DNA of 64,000 nt. It comes from Ministeria vibrans ATCC 50519 (lineage: Eukaryota > Protista > Filasterea). Positions 36,869-49,712 of the stretch are shown piece after piece (position 1 is the first letter of the stretch; each line of letters opens with the position of its first letter). The stretch is from the NCBI GenBank assembly GCA_943704425.1, contig CALSCP010002431.1, positions 129,347 to 193,346 on the forward strand, given 5' to 3'. The notes beneath the pieces are model-generated. The model searched no databases, was not told where the DNA came from, and saw only the letters and a program-made list of their open reading frames with translations. A program made the position numbers and the translations under genes.

Positions 36869-38323
36869 ATGGCTGAGGAAGGAAAACTGTTGACAATCGA
36901 AAAGGACTACACTGAAGAGTGTGCCGAGAAGATTCCCGTGGCCAAGGGACTCGCAGCTGTAAGGAAAAAAAAAAGAATCTCTTTTGCGGCCCTCTTTTGG
37001 CCATCCACTGGCATCGACGCTCTTCTTCTATACCCCTATACTGATTTCGAGTGTCGGGCCCTTGGAAAGCCATCCACAATTTCCGCAATGGTGCTTTGTT
37101 CAATTTTTTGTTCGTGAAACATTTTCAACTTCTCTCGTTTGCTCACTCGCCTCTCATACGGCATTTCACGTCGCCCATCTGGCACACGCGTTGCAACGAT
37201 TCAATGGAAATGCCCTCGTACGAGCGGGACACCGCTCGCGCGCTCGGATGTGTCACAAGACGGAATTTGTTGAACGAACGAAGATCGCTCTTTCGACTTT
37301 TTGCAACCACTGACACGCTCCTTGTTGTTTGCGGCGGTTTAGAGTGGAAACCTGACAGGTGCAATTGAGTCGCTGTCGTTGCTGGAGAGACAGACACGGA
37401 CGGGACAGGATGTGCACTCCTCTGCCAAAGTTCTTGTTGCCCTTGTCGAGATGTGCTACGACGCCCAACAGTATGCGATCCTCAACGAGCAGGTATGGCC
37501 TTCATGGAGCGGCCACGGACGTAGCGGGCTCCCATAGCCAGCCTCAAACACTAAACGGGATATCCTCTGTAGCTCATTTTTCTGTCGAAGCGAAGAGGCG
37601 CACAAAAGATGGCCATTACGAAAATGGTGCAGAAAGCAGTCGAGTTTGTCAACGCAATGGAAGACCTTGACACCAAAGTTTCCCTCATCGAGTGTCTTCG
37701 CACGGTGACAGCGGGCAAGGTAGCAGGAAACGAAGCGAGCGAAAGGGCCATACTGACCAATTTTTGTAAATAGATTTTTGTCGAGGTGGAGCGAGCACGA
37801 CTGACGCGCACTCTGGCGTCCATCCACGAGGCAGCGGACAAGATCAAGGATGCTGCAGAGGTTCTTTTGCAGTTGCAGGTCAGTCGTAGTATATTGCATT
37901 GTTGGTGTATTTTTCTGATTTTTGTTTTGTTTTCTTCTTTTATGATTGTGCTTGTCAGGTTGAGACGTTTGGTTCCATGGACATTCGTGAAAAGACGGAG
38001 TTTATTGTGGAGCAAATGCGAATGTGTCTTGCTATCAAAGATTTTACTCGTGCACAGATTCTCAGCCGGAAAATCTCACCGAAAACATTTGCCAAGGAAG
38101 ACAATCACGTAAGGACCAACATAAGGAAACGTCGAATTCTTATGGTGATGCGCACGAATAGGACTTGAAATTGCGCTATCTGACAATGATGATCGAGCTT
38201 GTGCTGTACGATGCGGAGTATCTGAGTGCATGCAAGCATTTCCGCAATGTCTTTGACACGCCCGCTGTGTTGGCGGACGAGGCACAGTGGAAAGATGTAA
38301 GATTTAATTTTAATGCTGTTGCA

Positions 38324-38398
<75 letters not shown>

Positions 38399-39430
38399 TT
38401 TCATGTTCATTTTTAGGCTTTGACTAGTGCTACGTACTATCTGTTGCTCTCTCCTTTTGACAACGAGCAGGTACTATTTTTTTGTTGCTATGACATTCTA
38501 GAAGTCACTATTTGAAATGGGGGTGAAAGAATCTGCACCAAAAGCCTTTGGTTTTTGTTGTTTGATTTGTGTTGGTGACGTCTTAGTGTTGGTACACTTT
38601 TTTTTATCGCGTGGTATAGGTTATGCCTTAAACTTGGTGTTGTTTTTGACTTTAATTGTTGTGCAAGTTGCAATATAGCAATCGACATAATTCACGCAGT
38701 CATGTCAATTTGAAGAAAATAATTTTCTCATCAATTCTTTCCTTTTTTTGTAGTCTGACCTGACACACCGCATTTTGGACGAGAAGAAACTTGCACAGCT
38801 GCCTGAGTGCGTGTCTCTGATCAAGGCGTTTGTGCAGCTTGAACTGTTGCACTGGGAGCAGATTGAGAGTGAGTTTGGGGCTGTGTTGCGTGCCAGTAGC
38901 GTCTTCTCGGCCGACACTGAATTGGGTCAGACACGCTGGGTGGATTTGCGCAAGCGGGTCATTGAGCACGTAAGAGTGATATAAGAAAAGAGAAGAGAGG
39001 AGGAGAAAGAACAAAGTGATAGAGATGAGGGAGAAAGAAACAATGCATCAGTTTTTACATTCTGTTTTTTTTTGTAGAATATTCGAGTCATTGCACAGTA
39101 CTACACGCAGATTACGTCGAAGAGACTGGCGAGTCTACTTAATCTTCCCGAAAACGTAACAAGAAATATTTTGGTTTATCAATTCATCTCATCACATGTG
39201 TGTAGGAGACGGAGGAGTTCTTGTCGAATCTCGTGGTGAAGAAGACAGTGATGGCACGCATTGACCGACCTGCTGGAGTGGTGAACTTTGTGAAAACACG
39301 CACACCGGAAGAGACCCTCAACGAGTGGTCGCACTCAGTGGGGAAGCTGATGGGGTTGGTGGACAAGACAACGCACTTGATTGCCAAGGAAAAGATGGTG
39401 CATGCGGCGGGTGTCGTTGAGGCGAAGTGA
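36869..39430 (+). CDS. PSMD12: 26S proteasome lid subunit RPN5
   Basis: [72 protein letters not shown]. About 10 introns. Confidence 0.96.
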
Positions 39431-39534
39431 GCCACACACGCAAACACAATTGAGAAAGAGAGGAGGGAGAAAAAGAAACAAAAGTGATATAGAGAGATGG
39501 GAGGAGAAGTGAAACAACCCTTTTTCTGTTCTGT

Positions 39535-41956
39535 TCATTTTTTGGGTTTGCGTGTGGTTTGGACTACAAAATTGACAATTTTTCCTTGGTCTGCGATGAT
39601 GGTGCGGTGGACGGGGCTTGAGGCAGGCAAGGTGGACTGGATGGACGGGTGGTGGCGGATGTGATCGGTGAGCGCGGAGTGGTCTGTGAGGAGTGTGCGT
39701 GGAAGAGAGAGGGTGGTGATGGGGCGGCCGTGAAGGAGCACTTTAACGTCGAGCGTGCTGTCCACGAGCACTTGGGGGTCGTAGGAGGGGAAGGGTTGTG
39801 TGTGAACATCGAGAGACGAATTACTGTGGAGGACAGTGTAAAGTTCGGCTGCGGTGTGAGGCGCGTAGGGAGCAAGGCAGCGGAGGAGCACGTCGAGGGT
39901 TTCGCTGTAGATTGGTGCATGACGAAGGTGGGCGGGCACGTCGCGAAGGGTGTTGCTCATGGCCATGAGACGTGCAATGAAGCCGTTGAGGGAAGGCGTG
40001 GGTGGACGCGAGTGGCTGTCAAAGGTGAGCATGCACTCGGCGTCGTGGACCAGTTGGTGACGTTCGCGTGTGAGGGTCACCAAGTGATTGTCGTTGTCGT
40101 CGGCCGCGCCGACGGCGTGGGTAGTGGTCGTATGGTCGTGAACAAGCGAGGTGATGCGCGCAAGCCAACGTGTCACACCGACCACTTGTGACTCTTCCCA
40201 CTCAAGCTCGGCCTCGGGCGGGGCCTTGAAGAGCACGTAGAGACGAATGGCGTCAGCGCCGTAGCGCTCAAGGAGCTCTTGGGGATCGACGCCGTTGAAT
40301 TTGCTTTTGGACATCTTCTCAAAGGAGACAGAGCACTTGGTGTGGTTGGGGCAGTCACGCATAACGGGTGTGGTGCCGTCAAGGGGGCTCATGGTGACTT
40401 CGTCGGGGCGGAGGAAGCGGTTTGTGGTGGGGTCCTTGAAGGTGCGCCCGAGCACCATGCCCTGGGCAAGAAGGCTTTGGAAGGGCTCGGGATGGGGAAT
40501 GTGGCTTCGGGAGGCGAGGAAACGCGTAATGAAGCGCGCGTAGAGCAGATGAAGGATGGCGTGTTCGATGCCACCGATGTAGATGTGAACGGGTGTCCAG
40601 TTGCACAGAAGATCTGGGAGATGGGTGGGAAATGGCCGGGAGTCGTCGTGCGGCGAGAGGTAGCGCAGAAAGTACCAAGAACTGTCGACAAACGTGTCCA
40701 TGGTGTCAGTTTCGCGGCGGGCCGGACGAGCACAGGTGGGGCAGGGGGTGTTGACCCAGGCGTCGATGGAGGCGAGTGGCGAGGCACACTCGGAGGAAGC
40801 GGGCGTAGAGTCGGGCGAGGCGGAACTCGAAGCAGTGTTGTCGTTGGTAAAGAGGGACTCGGTGACTTCGTCGCTGGGCAAACACACGGGAAGCTGCTCT
40901 TGAGGCACCGGCACTGCACCGCAGTGATCACAGTGCACGATGGGGATGGGGGTGCCCCAGAGACGCTGACGCGAGACGAGCCAGTCGTGCAGTCGGTGCG
41001 GTTCCAAGGCGGACGACCCCTCTGCAGACTCGTCGGGTTCGTCGCGAATCCATTTGCGCTGCATGACTTTCACATTTTCAGGCCACTGAAGACTGTCGAG
41101 ATCTCGGTAGAGGTCGTCACTATAGTCGGTGATGCGGAAGAACCACTGTTTTAGGTTGCGTTGCTCGACAAGGGCGCCTGAGCGCCAGCTCTTGCCCTCG
41201 TCGTCAACCTGTTCGTTCGCAAGCACCGTTCGATCGACAGGATCCCAATTGACCGTCGCCTCTTTCTGGTAGGCGAGGCCAGCTCGATGGAGTTCGGTAA
41301 AGAGCCACTGCGTCCATCTGGGCGAAGAGGAAGAGAACAAATCGATCAGAGGCAACTTCATGGGGCGCGCGCCGCCGAGCCAGGACGGCCAAAACATCGA
41401 AAATGGGAGGAGGGGAGGGAGATGGCTTGTGCTGCATCGTGCGCAGTGCCAGGGACGGCGAGGGCGCATTCAGTCGATCGTACTTGTAATAGTCGGGTTT
41501 GCATGTCATTACTTCGCGATCCCAGTCAAACGAGATGCCCAAGCGAGTCAACTGTTGGCGCATAGTAGCAATGTTGCTGTGGGTCCAGCGAGCGGGGGCA
41601 ATGCCGCGTTGGATGGCGGCGTTTTCGGCGGGAAGTCCAAAGGCGTCCCAGCCCATGGGATGGAGCACTTGGAAGCCACGCATGCGCTGGACGCGCGCGA
41701 TCACGTCGCTGATGGTGTACACACGCACGTGGCCCATGTGGAGTTGCCCCGACGGGTAAGGGAACATGCTGAGTACGTAGAATTTGGGCTTTGACGAGTC
41801 GAGAGGGGTCGGCGGAGTCGCTCGCTCGCTCCAGCGCTGTTGCCACTTGGCCTCTTGCTGGCGCACCTCATCGCTCACGACAGGAGAAGAGGCAGTGCTG
41901 TACTTCAAGGCAGAGCAGTAGCGATGCCTCAGGAGTGAAGTGCGAACACGCAACAT
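39535..41956 (-). CDS. LARS2: Mitochondrial (bacterial-type) leucyl-tRNA synthetase lacking the CP1 domain
   Basis: Transit-like N-terminus, [76 protein letters not shown]. Intron at 41318-41483. Confidence 0.95.
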
Positions 41957-42047
41957 GAAAAGTTTGAATCAAAGTTATCAAAAAAGCATTCACAAATGAG
42001 ATTATGGAGTAAACACTAATTGAATTTTCACTTTTACTTGATTAAAC

Positions 42048-44308
42048 TTATTGGCATACGTGACAGAGAATGCATTGCGTTTTGGGCTTGTTGGAACTAA
42101 TGGCGTCGTCGACGAAAAACGCTGTGATGTGGAGGCGACAGCTGGAGCAGAAGCGGTGGCCGCACGTGAGCTCTTCGGTGGGCGCGACAAGATCACGGTA
42201 GCACATGACACATGGCTCGGGGGTTTTGACGGAGTAGAGCCATGACTGGGGACTGGGAGCGTATGTATTCTTGACGCGGTCGAGGAATTGTTGGCGAACG
42301 AGGTGTGCGGTGTAGGCATTGTCCGTGTCAAGGGCATGCATGAAGGCGTCAATCAGTGACGCATACGTCGCCTCGTAAAAGTTGGAGACGCGCAGTTTGC
42401 TGCACTTATCGTGCAGAGTGGTGTAGTCGCTGGTAAGGAGGTCGGAATAGACCTCCATAAAGTGCAAGAGAACAGCGTCGCGGTCATAATCGATTGGACA
42501 GGGGCTCTCGTGGAAGTCTCCCACCCAGCTGGCCGAGACCGTGTTGGCCGTCGACTTTTTCTTCGTGCGGAAGACCATTTTGATCTTGTGGACAATCGTG
42601 TCCTGGTTGCGTTTCAGCTCTCTGTCGACGCGAAACGACGGGGCACGATGGTCGTGACCGTGCTCACCACGGGAGAGCTGACAGAAGATTTTGCGCCCTT
42701 TGGCGTCGGCGAGCTCATCGGGAGAGTGCTGGCACGGTTGCATGTTAGTGAGGGTCTCCCACAGCTGGTCAAAAAGGCGTTGACCGTGCTTCACCTGGGC
42801 GGAGAACTCGGGAGAGGACACGTCGAGCGCGGTGATGAGCTGTTGTTTTTCAGTCTTCTTCTTGGAGGTCGCGGGAGCATTTTGCAGCTGGTCGTCGTCG
42901 TCTGCGATTGCCTCAAAGTTGGTGCTACGCACGCCGCGCTCGAGAGCCAGCTCACAAGCAAGCATGGTCATGGTGCAGGCGCGCACACGACGGAAGACGG
43001 TGGCGTGCATGCTGAAGCAGCGCTGCATGACAATGTTGAGGGGACTCTCACCGGTCGTGTGGGCCTGTTCGAGGGCCATCTTGTGCAATTGCTCGACGGC
43101 GCTCTTTGGAATCAGATTGAGAACCTCACTTTCATTGTGGGTGAGAATGCGCTCGGCAAATTCGCCGCAGCGGCTCGTGCTGTTTTTCTGTGCTCGCAGT
43201 GCCGTCATGGTGAGGCTGCAGTACACATTGAAGACGGGTGCGGGTCGAAGCACCCATTCTCCTTTGGAAGAGTAAGAGTAATTGGGAGCGACTGCTGAGT
43301 CACTGACCACCGCGGAGGTACCGGTCGCTCGGTTGCCGGGCACCTTCCACTCAATGCCTTGGAAGTAGGTGCCAATGCTGCGGTGTACCATGTCAATCCA
43401 ATTGGCCTCGCTGATAAAGGTGGGGCGCTCTGCAACGCGACGGTCGATGATGCAGCGGAGCAAGGGCGCCACACGCGTGGCAACAATCTTCTCGAATTGC
43501 TGCTCTTGCTCGGGCGTCTGGTAGACGGGCAGGGCAATGCAGACGACACGGGAGAAGTAGGAGCGAAGAATACCCTCGGGATCGTGCAGGTTCAGAATGC
43601 GCTCTGTCTCTTCGTCGTAGTCACGTTCCGCCTCCTCAAAGGTGCGTCGGTTCGAGATGAAGACGAGCGCTGGTCGTAGATTGTCGGGAATAGAGATGTT
43701 TAGGGAGGCACTCTCGGCCAGTTCAATGGCTTCTTCGACCCACTTGTTGATGGAGAAGTTCATTTCGCTGACGCAGACGAGAACATCGGCGACTGCATAG
43801 GCGAGACGACTCAGCTGCAGTTTAACTGCGTTGGAGCGAGCGCGACCCAACATGGTTTGCTGCTCGTGCGACATGCCCGTGACGTCTAAGGCAAGGGGCA
43901 GTCCGCTGCCCGAGTCACCCTCGAGGTCGAGCAGAAAATTCGAAGGGGTCAATAAAAGCTGGGCGTCGGCCGAGGTCGGTCGCCGTTCGATATTCTGAGT
44001 GGGCGACTCGGCCACCTTTGAAATGAGATGGCCGTTCGCGAGTGCCTTGGCGAGGGCGTTGAGGATGCGTGATTTTCCCACGTGCGTCGAGCCAATGGTA
44101 GCAATGATACGTGCGGCGCTTGAGAGGCGCTCGGCGGGAGTTTCGGCATAAGCGCGGTCGATTTCGCTCTGGACGGGACGAAGGGAAAAATGGCTGTTGG
44201 GACGAGTGTCAATTTCCGCGATGCGATACACTGCAAAAGAGTTGTTTATGGTGCTGCCCAACAGAAGAAAGGGGTTGAATTTGTCAGAATCTTACGAGTC
44301 TGCGACAT
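42048..44308 (-). CDS. GBP/atlastin-like P-loop NTPase with C-terminal RING-type zinc finger
   Basis: G1 GSTHVGKS, G2-like PTS, G3 DLEG; C-terminal CVMC..CGHRFCSSC..CILC (C3HC4). Probable tiny first exon MSQT at 44308. Confidence 0.75.
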
Positions 44309-44684
44309 GGGTAACAGAGGGAAAAAAGAATTACAATAATAATAATAATTTGTTGGGTCGGTTTGTTTTATGTTTCTCGGGTCGACAAACTGGTCGAATT
44401 TATTATTGTTGTTGTGACGATGAGACCAAGTCAGGCGGCTGATTTTCTCAGTCTTAAGGGTGAGAGGCATTGAGAGCCTGAAAACAGACTAAGGAGAGCG
44501 AGAACTCAGGGAGGCAGTCGTGAGGCAGACGATTCGAACGCATGATCGAAATTAATCATTCACAATTTCACCACCAATTCTTTTCCCCCAAGAACTTGGA
44601 GTGCGTCAACCAATAACAACAATATTACTTAATTACTTTATATTCAATATATAGATTTTAGAGTTTAGACGGCACCAAGGGATA

Positions 44685-46534
44685 ATGAAGATCTCACGTA
44701 CGCCGAAAGAGATCACAAGGTTATTCGGCTGTTTCACATACTCACACACACACACAGTTTCACTTCATTTCATTTGACTATTTTTGCCGTTTCAGTCAGT
44801 CCAGAGTCGTTTGTAATGAACAGGGATCGGCGCCTGCTGATACCCGGTTTGGAAGGGTTCGCGGAGACGACGGAGAGTATTTTACGCCAACTGCGACTTT
44901 GCACTCCGTTTGCGCACCAGCTCTTATCAAGCCAAAGCGTGAACCGCGCTTGTGTTGAGGCAATCAAGCAGCAGCTGCTTGACGAAATTCACAAATGGGT
45001 GGCGATAAACGAGGGATCATCAGCGTTTCACAAACCTGCGCGACCGTACAGTTCCCATCCGCCTTCGTCCTTCTACTCATCGCAGTACGCGATCTCACCA
45101 TATCGTCCAATCGAAGCAGCAGCAGCAGCAACAGCATCGGCAGCAGCAGCAGCAACAAGACTACCAGCAGCATCAGCAGCGGCGGCACAATCAACAGTCG
45201 TCGCGTCTCCGCACCCAATCCCCCCCTCAACATCCTCGTCAGCTTCGACTGGGCAAACACGGCAATACGGGACGTCCTTAACGCCCGGCAAGGTGCACCG
45301 CAAGGTAGATTGTCAGTCGCAGGAAAGACAAGCGCGGAAGAAAGCACGCACTGTGGAGACAGTACAACATTCCCATGTACAACCGACTGCACCTTCTTCT
45401 ACGACGACAACAACATCAGCAAAAAAAGAAAGACCAACGGAAAAAGCTTATAAATGGTCATCGGTACAGCCAATACCGACTGCACCTTCTTNNNNNNAAC
45501 ATCAGCAAAAAAAGAAAGACCAACGGAAAAAGCTTATAAATGGTCATCGGTACAGCCAATACCGACTGCACCTTCTTCTACGACGACAACAACAACATCA
45601 GCAAAAAAAGAAACACCAACGGAAAAAGCCTATACATCATCACCAGCTGCACGCACGTCGTCTGAGCCATCCTCGACACCCACATTCGGAGAGGAAGAAG
45701 TCGGTTTACCCAAGGCGGATCACGTCGACGACAAGGCCATGGGTCACAAGGCGAGCGACGACAAGTCGGACGTGGACGACGTTATAATTGTCAGCGACGA
45801 GCTGTCATTGTCATCGTCGTCGACATCTGTTCCAACGCGACGAAAGCGTCCTCGACCCGCCGACCCCCCGACGAAAAATGGTTCTCCTTGTGCTGTTGTT
45901 CAGCACCCGCACCTCTCGACGCATACCCAAAACATCCTTCCAGGTGGACACTCAATCACACGACACTGTGTGCTGTTTTATCTACTGATGCTTCTGCTTG
46001 ACTGCTTCTTCTTTCACAGAATTCAATCGGGATTTTTTGGCGCGCGCCATTGCGTATATAGATGAACCATTGAGTCAATGGAATGCCGAGTTCAAGGACT
46101 CGGTGCCGGAAGCAACGCATGGATGGGCGTCCCTGCCACTGAATCCTCTGCTGTGTGCTCTGTGGCTTGGCAAGGATCACAGCAATGACACGGCAATGAT
46201 GCATGGAAGGTTGTTCGCGCACTTCTTTTTGGAGGGCGGCGTGCAGCGCAATAAGGATTGTGATGCGCTTCGTGAAAAAGTGACTCGCTCTATTCAGGCT
46301 CTTGTTACCCGCCGCCTCTCACCAGCGGAACCGCATTTCAGCGTGCTATGTAACTTTTGCCGCAGCATCTTTGGGCGGATGATCGTCATGGCAACGCGCG
46401 ATCCGATGACGCGCGTGTACACTCTCTACCAGCTTGATGGGACCACCGTTAACACCGTCTTTTCGGGGGCTCGATCGATATTGGCGGCGAGGAGGATTTA
46501 TGAGACGGGCGATGAGTGGGTGAAAATGGTGTAA
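44685..46534 (+). CDS. Hypothetical protein with internal ~35-aa repeats
   Basis: Long open frames at 44774-45880 and 46020-46534 joined by GT-AG introns; contains the N-gap at 45492-45497. No family recognised. Confidence 0.5.
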
Positions 46535-46914
46535 TGTCATAGTGCGGCGCGTGACAATGAAATTATAAAATAAAATATTTTATCTCCATTTTATCATTAT
46601 ATAAACTGAGGGTGGAAGAAAAATAAAATCTCGGCTTGCAGCAAAGGATCTAGGGCGATTCAATTAAATCGAATTAATCGATTTACGATGATTAGTTATA
46701 TTTCAATGACATCGAAGTACTTTCAAAGAGGCTTTCAAAGAGCTTTCAACTTTTAAGCTTCAAAGTTCAACCCCAGTATTGATTTTTTTCACTATTGAAT
46801 CGAATAGTGTAAAATTCAAGTGAAATTAAGAAGGCATTGATTTGAACTTATTTGACTCATTTGAAGTGTAGTCAGTTTACAGGTAGTCTTTTCTCCTGTC
46901 ACTCGTTAGTCAAC

Positions 46915-47670
46915 ATGGCCGACGACGCAAGAGAACCAGCCGACGAGGCGACCAACGTGCTTCTTATCGAGGGAGTTGAGCTTACCAAGACAGATGCACT
47001 GGATCAGTTGTGTCACAGACTCACAGGATGGGGCGCAGTGGTGTCTCTGGAAGTGCTTGCCGACAAAAGGTCTGCGACAAATCGAACATTCGACGTTCAA
47101 TCTCCCCTCGCACCCCATGCATCCATGTGTGCTATTGTGTAGCCACACATGCATCCATGCATCGACGTTTTTGTCTCGCGCAAAAGGATCTTATTCGTTC
47201 CTTTTTCGACTTGTAGTTTACGGTGCGTCTTTGAGGAGCCGCGCGCTGCGCAACGCGCGTACGACAGCCTCCCGTCGCTGTTCACGACGGTTTGCTGCCA
47301 CTACGACCAGGCGAGCGTGTGCATTCCGGCGAGCGACGCGTTTCTCGCAGTGCCCGAATCCGATCGCCTCTTTCTCATCTCGCCACCCTTTTCCCCGCCT
47401 GTCGACTGGAAGCCCATTGTGGAAGGCCCGCCCGTCGTCAACCACGACCTCGTTGCCCGTCTTCAGGCCCTATCCACACAGAGTGACGGCGGCGACGCCT
47501 CTGCGCAGCATGCTCCGTGCGCCGGCGACACAACCGTCCTCCACCCGTCCACCGCACCCACCATGCCTGCTATTGTGCTGCATTTCGCTGGCGATGACCC
47601 CGATGCTCCTGTGGGCGTTGCAGGCATGTCTGTTGCTGGAGTACGCACCGCTTTTCCTCCCAGATTATGA
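46915..47670 (+). CDS. RCAN: Calcipressin / regulator of calcineurin
   Basis: RRM-like N-terminus, signature LFLISPPFSPPVDW, PxIxIT-like PAIVLH and terminal RTAFPP. Confidence 0.88.
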
Positions 47671-48554
47671 GTGCTTGTAAACAAACTATTTTCTCCACTT
47701 GCTCTTTGAAAAAGGACCCTGTCTGGCGTGTCAGGGACTCACAGACCATAAGTTTTATCTGCTGTTAGTCTGAAAAACGTCTGTGATCTGTCAGACTGTC
47801 AGTCACCGACACATATATCGTGCGTTAATGGATATGAGTCGTCTCTCTACTGTCCTTCTCGGGTTTGATAGTAAATTATATTTGAATAGAAAAGAAACCT
47901 TGAAAGACCACTCCAAAAAAACATAAGGCTAAAACCATATCGTGCGCGACGGCATAGCAGCATTTTAAAAAGGACAAGCGGGGTCAAAAAAAAAAAAAGA
48001 GAAGGGCGCGCTCGAAAGCGACACCCGGCACAAATAAATTCTGACAGTTGATGAGAATTGATCCCACCAATGACAGGCTTGTGAGACTGAGTGTACCTGT
48101 CAATATAGCCTGTTAGGAGTGGCAGATATTGAAACCGTAACTCCCCGTCAAGGTAAGTACATACAAACGGCTGCTCTGCGTTACATATACCCACTTTCTC
48201 TTTGCCCAATTCCATTTTCAACTCCCGCCTCAACTTGCCGCGGTTCGTTTCTGATCACTAAGAATGGTTCAAGGGCGATTTGCCAGGCACGGTTAGCAGT
48301 CTGTGAAGACTATTCGTCGACACGACGTGAAAAAAAACACGATCGATTGTGACCTGCGGAGGCCTTCATCAAGCCTAGTCCCTCTTCCATGGTGCATTGT
48401 GACTTATGAGCGAGCACCCTTATGGCTTGCTTGGCGTCCGAGGTACTCTTTGGTCGTTTCGTTTGAACTTTTGTTGAATTGAATAAATTTTACAGTAATT
48501 TTTCTCTTGAGCCTTTTCGTTCAACACTTTTGCGCCAATTTTGAGAGTAGGATC

Positions 48555-49712
48555 ATGGAGGATAGTCAAGAGACACCCAAGAAAAGGTACGCCTTTTGGT
48601 TTTTTTTCCATAGCTCGTTTTGAAGTGCGAGTTTTATTGTATTATTTTAGTTTTGTGATTGCGGTGGCTGCAGACGAGAGCGACAACGCTCACCGCGCAC
48701 TGGACTTTGCAGTGAACCTTGCCCACTCGCTGTACCCGCACGGGCGACTTGTAGTATTACATGCGACTGGTACGAACGCACTTTGGAATAGTCTGGATGA
48801 ACTTTTGACTTACATGTGTGTTGTGTCGACAGCGCTCAATCCCGAACAGCACATTCCGTATGTCGATCAGATGGAGAGGATATACAACTACGAGGCTAAG
48901 GAGCGTTCTGAAAAGATCCAGACGAAGCTCAAGAGTCTTCTTGACGCATGTGCCAACGACGTAAGGACATGATAGTGTGGTTGTGTGATTGTATGATTGT
49001 GAAATTGTGTGACTGTGTGGTTGTGTGATTGTATGGTTGTGTGATTGTGTGGATGTGTGGATGTGTGATTGTGTGACTGTGTGATTGTGTGGTTGTGTGG
49101 TTGTGTGATTGTGTGGATGTGTGGATGTGTGGATGTGTGATTGTGTGATTGTGTGGTTGTGTGGTTGTGTGGTTGTGTGACTGTGTGACTGTGTGACTGT
49201 GTGACTGTGTGGTTGTGAGGTTGTGTGATTGTGTTGCCAATTCTGATTGCAAAAGGATCGCAGATTTTGCTGAGCGTGTGTGTGCAACAACATTATTTGT
49301 GTTTGATTTGAAACGTACCAACGCGCCAATAGTATTATTTTACTATTTTTTGCGAAAGGGGGGAGAGCACTCTGTCGCAATTTGTGCTTGATAATATATC
49401 ATAAATGTGTGTTCCTCTACCATTATATTGCAGTGGATTTGTACTCTTATCCCCTTTGCAATGTGTCAATTTGGATTCACAAAGACACACACAAAAATTA
49501 ATTTTATTTTTTATTAGTTGGACTACCAGTACCGTGAGCTACAGGCGGGCACGGACGAGCGGGAGATGCTGACCAAGACAGTCAACGACCTTGCGCCCGA
49601 CATGTTTGTGGTGGGCACTCGCGGCATGGGTGCCCTCAAGAAGCTCATTCTGGGCTCAATCAGTGACCATTGTGTCAAGAACTGCACTTGTCCAGTCACT
49701 GTTGTCAAATAG
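48555..49712 (+). CDS. Universal stress protein (USP-A family)
   Basis: VIAVAADESDNAHRALDFA ... VVGTRGMGALKKLILGSISDHCVKNCTCPVTVVK. Confidence 0.92.
48975..49235. repeat. Degenerate 8-nt-period (TGTGTGAT/TGTGTGGT/TGTGTGAC) tandem repeat in the USP intron
   Basis: Direct inspection. Confidence 0.85.

Noticed and set aside
38622-38636. atgccttaaactt matches the 5' end of U12 snRNA
   Set aside because: Only 13 nt match; the branch-site pairing region and the rest of U12 are absent.
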